The notes under the pieces: generated by a model
The model's input: the letters and a program-made list of their open reading frames with translations, nothing else
What the model was told of the DNA's origin: nothing
The model's database searches: none
Translations under genes and position numbers: made by a program
Shown here: positions 57,201-64,000 of the stretch, piece by piece
Layout: every line of letters starts with the position of its first letter
Position numbering within the stretch: the first letter of the stretch is position 1
Source of the DNA: Naegleria gruberi
Taxonomy: Eukaryota
Direction: 5' to 3' (one strand)
DNA length: 64,000 nt
Assembly: GCA_000004985.1 (NCBI GenBank)
Contig: GG738849.1

Positions 57201-60200
57201 NNNNNNNNNNNNNNNNNNNNNNNNNNNNNNNNNNNNNNNNNNNNNNNNNNNNNNNNNNNNNNNNNNNNNNNNNNNNNNNNNNNNNNNNNNNNNNNNNNNN
57301 NNNNNNNNNNNNNNNNNNNNNNNNNNNNNNNNNNNNNNNNNNNNNNNNNNNNNNNNNNNNNNNNNNNNNNNNNNNNNNNNNNNNNNNNNNNNNNNNNNNN
57401 NNNNNNNNNNNNNNNNNNNNNNNNNNNNNNNNNNNNNNNNNNNNNNNNNNNNNNNNNNNNNNNNNNNNNNNNNNNNNNNNNNNNNNNNNNNNNNNNNNNN
57501 NNNNNNNNNNNNNNNNNNNNNNNNNNNNNNNNNNNNNNNNNNNNNNNNNNNNNNNNNNNNNNNNNNNNNNNNNNNNNNNNNNNNNNNNNNNNNNNNNNNN
57601 NNNNNNNNNNNNNNNNNNNNNNNNNNNNNNNNNNNNNNNNNNNNNNNNNNNNNNNNNNNNNNNNNNNNNNNNNNNNNNNNNNNNNNNNNNNNNNNNNNNN
57701 NNNNNNNNNNNNNNNNNNNNNNNNNNNNNNNNNNNNNNNNNNNNNNNNNNNNNNNNNNNNNNNNNNNNNNNNNNNNNNNNNNNNNNNNNNNNNNNNNNNN
57801 NNNNNNNNNNNNNNNNNNNNNNNNNNNNNNNNNNNNNNNNNNNNNNNNNNNNNNNNNNNNNNNNNNNNNNNNNNNNNNNNNNNNNNNNNNNNNNNNNNNN
57901 NNNNNNNNNNNNNNNNNNNNNNNNNNNNNNNNNNNNNNNNNNNNNNNNNNNNNNNNNNNNNNNNNNNNNNNNNNNNNNNNNNNNNNNNNNNNNNNNNNNN
58001 NNNNNNNNNNNNNNNNNNNNNNNNNNNNNNNNNNNNNNNNNNNNNNNNNNNNNNNNNNNNNNNNNNNNNNNNNNNNNNNNNNNNNNNNNNNNNNNNNNNN
58101 NNNNNNNNNNNNNNNNNNNNNNNNNNNNNNNNNNNNNNNNNNNNNNNNNNNNNNNNNNNNNNNNNNNNNNNNNNNNNNNNNNNNNNNNNNNNNNNNNNNN
58201 NNNNNNNNNNNNNNNNNNNNNNNNNNNNNNNNNNNNNNNNNNNNNNNNNNNNNNNNNNNNNNNNNNNNNNNNNNNNNNNNNNNNNNNNNNNNNNNNNNNN
58301 NNNNNNNNNNNNNNNNNNNNNNNNNNNNNNNNNNNNNNNNNNNNNNNNNNNNNNNNNNNNNNNNNNNNNNNNNNNNNNNNNNNNNNNNNNNNNNNNNNNN
58401 NNNNNNNNNNNNNNNNNNNNNNNNNNNNNNNNNNNNNNNNNNNNNNNNNNNNNNNNNNNNNNNNNNNNNNNNNNNNNNNNNNNNNNNNNNNNNNNNNNNN
58501 NNNNNNNNNNNNNNNNNNNNNNNNNNNNNNNNNNNNNNNNNNNNNNNNNNNNNNNNNNNNNNNNNNNNNNNNNNNNNNNNNNNNNNNNNNNNNNNNNNNN
58601 NNNNNNNNNNNNNNNNNNNNNNNNNNNNNNNNNNNNNNNNNNNNNNNNNNNNNNNNNNNNNNNNNNNNNNNNNNNNNNNNNNNNNNNNNNNNNNNNNNNN
58701 NNNNNNNNNNNNNNNNNNNNNNNNNNNNNNNNNNNNNNNNNNNNNNNNNNNNNNNNNNNNNNNNNNNNNNNNNNNNNNNNNNNNNNNNNNNNNNNNNNNN
58801 NNNNNNNNNNNNNNNNNNNNNNNNNNNNNNNNNNNNNNNNNNNNNNNNNNNNNNNNNNNNNNNNNNNNNNNNNNNNNNNNNNNNNNNNNNNNNNNNNNNN
58901 NNNNNNNNNNNNNNNNNNNNNNNNNNNNNNNNNNNNNNNNNNNNNNNNNNNNNNNNNNNNNNNNNNNNNNNNNNNNNNNNNNNNNNNNNNNNNNNNNNNN
59001 NNNNNNNNNNNNNNNNNNNNNNNNNNNNNNNNNNNNNNNNNNNNNNNNNNNNNNNNNNNNNNNNNNNNNNNNNNNNNNNNNNNNNNNNNNNNNNNNNNNN
59101 NNNNNNNNNNNNNNNNNNNNNNNNNNNNNNNNNNNNNNNNNNNNNNNNNNNNNNNNNNNNNNNNNNNNNNNNNNNNNNNNNNNNNNNNNNNNNNNNNNNN
59201 NNNNNNNNNNNNNNNNNNNNNNNNNNNNNNNNNNNNNNNNNNNNNNNNNNNNNNNNNNNNNNNNNNNNNNNNNNNNNNNNNNNNNNNNNNNNNNNNNNNN
59301 NNNNNNNNNNNNNNNNNNNNNNNNNNNNNNNNNNNNNNNNNNNNNNNNNNNNNNNNNNNNNNNNNNNNNNNNNNNNNNNNNNNNNNNNNNNNNNNNNNNN
59401 NNNNNNNNNNNNNNNNNNNNNNNNNNNNNNNNNNNNNNNNNNNNNNNNNNNNNNNNNNNNNNNNNNNNNNNNNNNNNNNNNNNNNNNNNNNNNNNNNNNN
59501 NNNNNNNNNNNNNNNNNNNNNNNNNNNNNNNNNNNNNNNNNNNNNNNNNNNNNNNNNNNNNNNNNNNNNNNNNNNNNNNNNNNNNNNNNNNNNNNNNNNN
59601 NNNNNNNNNNNNNNNNNNNNNNNNNNNNNNNNNNNNNNNNNNNNNNNNNNNNNNNNNNNNNNNNNNNNNNNNNNNNNNNNNNNNNNNNNNNNNNNNNNNN
59701 NNNNNNNNNNNNNNNNNNNNNNNNNNNNNNNNNNNNNNNNNNNNNNNNNNNNNNNNNNNNNNNNNNNNNNNNNNNNNNNNNNNNNNNNNNNNNNNNNNNN
59801 NNNNNNNNNNNNNNNNNNNNNNNNNNNNNNNNNNNNNNNNNNNNNNNNNNNNNNNNNNNNNNNNNNNNNNNNNNNNNNNNNNNNNNNNNNNNNNNNNNNN
59901 NNNNNNNNNNNNNNNNNNNNNNNNNNNNNNNNNNNNNNNNNNNNNNNNNNNNNNNNNNNNNNNNNNNNNNNNNNNNNNNNNNNNNNNNNNNNNNNNNNNN
60001 NNNNNNNNNNNNNNNNNNNNNNNNNNNNNNNNNNNNNNNNNNNNNNNNNNNNNNNNNNNNNNNNNNNNNNNNNNNNNNNNNNNNNNNNNNNNNNNNNNNN
60101 NNNNNNNNNNNNNNNNNNNNNNNNNNNNNNNNNNNNNNNNNNNNNNNNNNNNNNNNNNNNNNNNNNNNNNNNNNNNNNNNNNNNNNNNNNNNNNNNNNNN

Positions 60201-63200
60201 NNNNNNNNNNNNNNNNNNNNNNNNNNNNNNNNNNNNNNNNNNNNNNNNNNNNNNNNNNNNNNNNNNNNNNNNNNNNNNNNNNNNNNNNNNNNNNNNNNNN
60301 NNNNNNNNNNNNNNNNNNNNNNNNNNNNNNNNNNNNNNNNNNNNNNNNNNNNNNNNNNNNNNNNNNNNNNNNNNNNNNNNNNNNNNNNNNNNNNNNNNNN
60401 NNNNNNNNNNNNNNNNNNNNNNNNNNNNNNNNNNNNNNNNNNNNNNNNNNNNNNNNNNNNNNNNNNNNNNNNNNNNNNNNNNNNNNNNNNNNNNNNNNNN
60501 NNNNNNNNNNNNNNNNNNNNNNNNNNNNNNNNNNNNNNNNNNNNNNNNNNNNNNNNNNNNNNNNNNNNNNNNNNNNNNNNNNNNNNNNNNNNNNNNNNNN
60601 NNNNNNNNNNNNNNNNNNNNNNNNNNNNNNNNNNNNNNNNNNNNNNNNNNNNNNNNNNNNNNNNNNNNNNNNNNNNNNNNNNNNNNNNNNNNNNNNNNNN
60701 NNNNNNNNNNNNNNNNNNNNNNNNNNNNNNNNNNNNNNNNNNNNNNNNNNNNNNNNNNNNNNNNNNNNNNNNNNNNNNNNNNNNNNNNNNNNNNNNNNNN
60801 NNNNNNNNNNNNNNNNNNNNNNNNNNNNNNNNNNNNNNNNNNNNNNNNNNNNNNNNNNNNNNNNNNNNNNNNNNNNNNNNNNNNNNNNNNNNNNNNNNNN
60901 NNNNNNNNNNNNNNNNNNNNNNNNNNNNNNNNNNNNNNNNNNNNNNNNNNNNNNNNNNNNNNNNNNNNNNNNNNNNNNNNNNNNNNNNNNNNNNNNNNNN
61001 NNNNNNNNNNNNNNNNNNNNNNNNNNNNNNNNNNNNNNNNNNNNNNNNNNNNNNNNNNNNNNNNNNNNNNNNNNNNNNNNNNNNNNNNNNNNNNNNNNNN
61101 NNNNNNNNNNNNNNNNNNNNNNNNNNNNNNNNNNNNNNNNNNNNNNNNNNNNNNNNNNNNNNNNNNNNNNNNNNNNNNNNNNNNNNNNNNNNNNNNNNNN
61201 NNNNNNNNNNNNNNNNNNNNNNNNNNNNNNNNNNNNNNNNNNNNNNNNNNNNNNNNNNNNNNNNNNNNNNNNNNNNNNNNNNNNNNNNNNNNNNNNNNNN
61301 NNNNNNNNNNNNNNNNNNNNNNNNNNNNNNNNNNNNNNNNNNNNNNNNNNNNNNNNNNNNNNNNNNNNNNNNNNNNNNNNNNNNNNNNNNNNNNNNNNNN
61401 NNNNNNNNNNNNNNNNNNNNNNNNNNNNNNNNNNNNNNNNNNNNNNNNNNNNNNNNNNNNNNNNNNNNNNNNNNNNNNNNNNNNNNNNNNNNNNNNNNNN
61501 NNNNNNNNNNNNNNNNNNNNNNNNNNNNNNNNNNNNNNNNNNNNNNNNNNNNNNNNNNNNNNNNNNNNNNNNNNNNNNNNNNNNNNNNNNNNNNNNNNNN
61601 NNNNNNNNNNNNNNNNNNNNNNNNNNNNNNNNNNNNNNNNNNNNNNNNNNNNNNNNNNNNNNNNNNNNNNNNNNNNNNNNNNNNNNNNNNNNNNNNNNNN
61701 NNNNNNNNNNNNNNNNNNNNNNNNNNNNNNNNNNNNNNNNNNNNNNNNNNNNNNNNNNNNNNNNNNNNNNNNNNNNNNNNNNNNNNNNNNNNNNNNNNNN
61801 NNNNNNNNNNNNNNNNNNNNNNNNNNNNNNNNNNNNNNNNNNNNNNNNNNNNNNNNNNNNNNNNNNNNNNNNNNNNNNNNNNNNNNNNNNNNNNNNNNNN
61901 NNNNNNNNNNNNNNNNNNNNNNNNNNNNNNNNNNNNNNNNNNNNNNNNNNNNNNNNNNNNNNNNNNNNNNNNNNNNNNNNNNNNNNNNNNNNNNNNNNNN
62001 NNNNNNNNNNNNNNNNNNNNNNNNNNNNNNNNNNNNNNNNNNNNNNNNNNNNNNNNNNNNNNNNNNNNNNNNNNNNNNNNNNNNNNNNNNNNNNNNNNNN
62101 NNNNNNNNNNNNNNNNNNNNNNNNNNNNNNNNNNNNNNNNNNNNNNNNNNNNNNNNNNNNNNNNNNNNNNNNNNNNNNNNNNNNNNNNNNNNNNNNNNNN
62201 NNNNNNNNNNNNNNNNNNNNNNNNNNNNNNNNNNNNNNNNNNNNNNNNNNNNNNNNNNNNNNNNNNNNNNNNNNNNNNNNNNNNNNNNNNNNNNNNNNNN
62301 NNNNNNNNNNNNNNNNNNNNNNNNNNNNNNNNNNNNNNNNNNNNNNNNNNNNNNNNNNNNNNNNNNNNNNNNNNNNNNNNNNNNNNNNNNNNNNNNNNNN
62401 NNNNNNNNNNNNNNNNNNNNNNNNNNNNNNNNNNNNNNNNNNNNNNNNNNNNNNNNNNNNNNNNNNNNNNNNNNNNNNNNNNNNNNNNNNNNNNNNNNNN
62501 NNNNNNNNNNNNNNNNNNNNNNNNNNNNNNNNNNNNNNNNNNNNNNNNNNNNNNNNNNNNNNNNNNNNNNNNNNNNNNNNNNNNNNNNNNNNNNNNNNNN
62601 NNNNNNNNNNNNNNNNNNNNNNNNNNNNNNNNNNNNNNNNNNNNNNNNNNNNNNNNNNNNNNNNNNNNNNNNNNNNNNNNNNNNNNNNNNNNNNNNNNNN
62701 NNNNNNNNNNNNNNNNNNNNNNNNNNNNNNNNNNNNNNNNNNNNNNNNNNNNNNNNNNNNNNNNNNNNNNNNNNNNNNNNNNNNNNNNNNNNNNNNNNNN
62801 NNNNNNNNNNNNNNNNNNNNNNNNNNNNNNNNNNNNNNNNNNNNNNNNNNNNNNNNNNNNNNNNNNNNNNNNNNNNNNNNNNNNNNNNNNNNNNNNNNNN
62901 NNNNNNNNNNNNNNNNNNNNNNNNNNNNNNNNNNNNNNNNNNNNNNNNNNNNNNNNNNNNNNNNNNNNNNNNNNNNNNNNNNNNNNNNNNNNNNNNNNNN
63001 NNNNNNNNNNNNNNNNNNNNNNNNNNNNNNNNNNNNNNNNNNNNNNNNNNNNNNNNNNNNNNNNNNNNNNNNNNNNNNNNNNNNNNNNNNNNNNNNNNNN
63101 NNNNNNNNNNNNNNNNNNNNNNNNNNNNNNNNNNNNNNNNNNNNNNNNNNNNNNNNNNNNNNNNNNNNNNNNNNNNNNNNNNNNNNNNNNNNNNNNNNNN

Positions 63201-64000
63201 NNNNNNNNNNNNNNNNNNNNNNNNNNNNNNNNNNNNNNNNNNNNNNNNNNNNNNNNNNNNNNNNNNNNNNNNNNNNNNNNNNNNNNNNNNNNNNNNNNNN
63301 NNNNNNNNNNNNNNNNNNNNNNNNNNNNNNNNNNNNNNNNNNNNNNNNNNNNNNNNNNNNNNNNNNNNNNNNNNNNNNNNNNNNNNNNNNNNNNNNNNNN
63401 NNNNNNNNNNNNNNNNNNNNNNNNNNNNNNNNNNNNNNNNNNNNNNNNNNNNNNNNNNNNNNNNNNNNNNNNNNNNNNNNNNNNNNNNNNNNNNNNNNNN
63501 NNNNNNNNNNNNNNNNNNNNNNNNNNNNNNNNNNNNNNNNNNNNNNNNNNNNNNNNNNNNNNNNNNNNNNNNNNNNNNNNNNNNNNNNNNNNNNNNNNNN
63601 NNNNNNNNNNNNNNNNNNNNNNNNNNNNNNNNNNNNNNNNNNNNNNNNNNNNNNNNNNNNNNNNNNNNNNNNNNNNNNNNNNNNNNNNNNNNNNNNNNNN
63701 NNNNNNNNNNNNNNNNNNNNNNNNNNNNNNNNNNNNNNNNNNNNNNNNNNNNNNNNNNNNNNNNNNNNNNNNNNNNNNNNNNNNNNNNNNNNNNNNNNNN
63801 NNNNNNNNNNNNNNNNNNNNNNNNNNNNNNNNNNNNNNNNNNNNNNNNNNNNNNNNNNNNNNNNNNNNNNNNNNNNNNNNNNNNNNNNNNNNNNNNNNNN
63901 NNNNNNNNNNNNNNNNNNNNNNNNNNNNNNNNNNNNNNNNNNNNNNNNNNNNNNNNNNNNNNNNNNNNNNNNNNNNNNNNNNNNNNNNNNNNNNNNNNNN
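27263..64000. other. Hard-masked or gap sequence (continuous N run); no information available
   Basis: Every base in this range is 'n'. Confidence 1.

Overview
Only 1,311 bp of this 64,000-base window is real sequence (25952..27262); positions 1..25951 and 27263..64000 are N, so about 98% of the window cannot be assessed. No multi-gene system, CRISPR array, RNA gene or mobile element can be supported from what is visible. The unmasked island holds one clear feature, which the supplied ORF track does not list. It is a minus-strand coding region that starts at an ATG at 26844 and stays open for 297 codons until it runs into the N block at 25951, so it is 3'-truncated and has no stop. Its product is a hypothetical membrane protein. 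The N-terminal ~60 residues are a polar Gln/Thr/Asn/Ser-rich low-complexity region, encoded by imperfect CAA/CAG and ACA trinucleotide tracts. They are followed by an aromatic/acidic segment and at least three strongly hydrophobic helix-length segments. Codon usage is budding-yeast-like (AGA for Arg, TTG/TTA for Leu, CAA over CAG for Gln). Together with the homopolymeric amino-acid runs, an A-rich ATG context and a ~420 bp flank with no ORF, this looks eukaryotic (fungal-like) rather than bacterial. The two ORFs in the track were evidently called with bacterial rules (one starts at GTG) and are best explained as spurious. The upstream flank (26845..27262) is strongly purine-rich on the + strand, so pyrimidine-rich on the gene's sense strand. 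It carries two CCAAT motifs 56-73 bp upstream of the ATG. I cannot assign the protein to a known family by eye, and none of the catalytic motifs I looked for (lipid phosphatase, kinase, nuclease) is visible.
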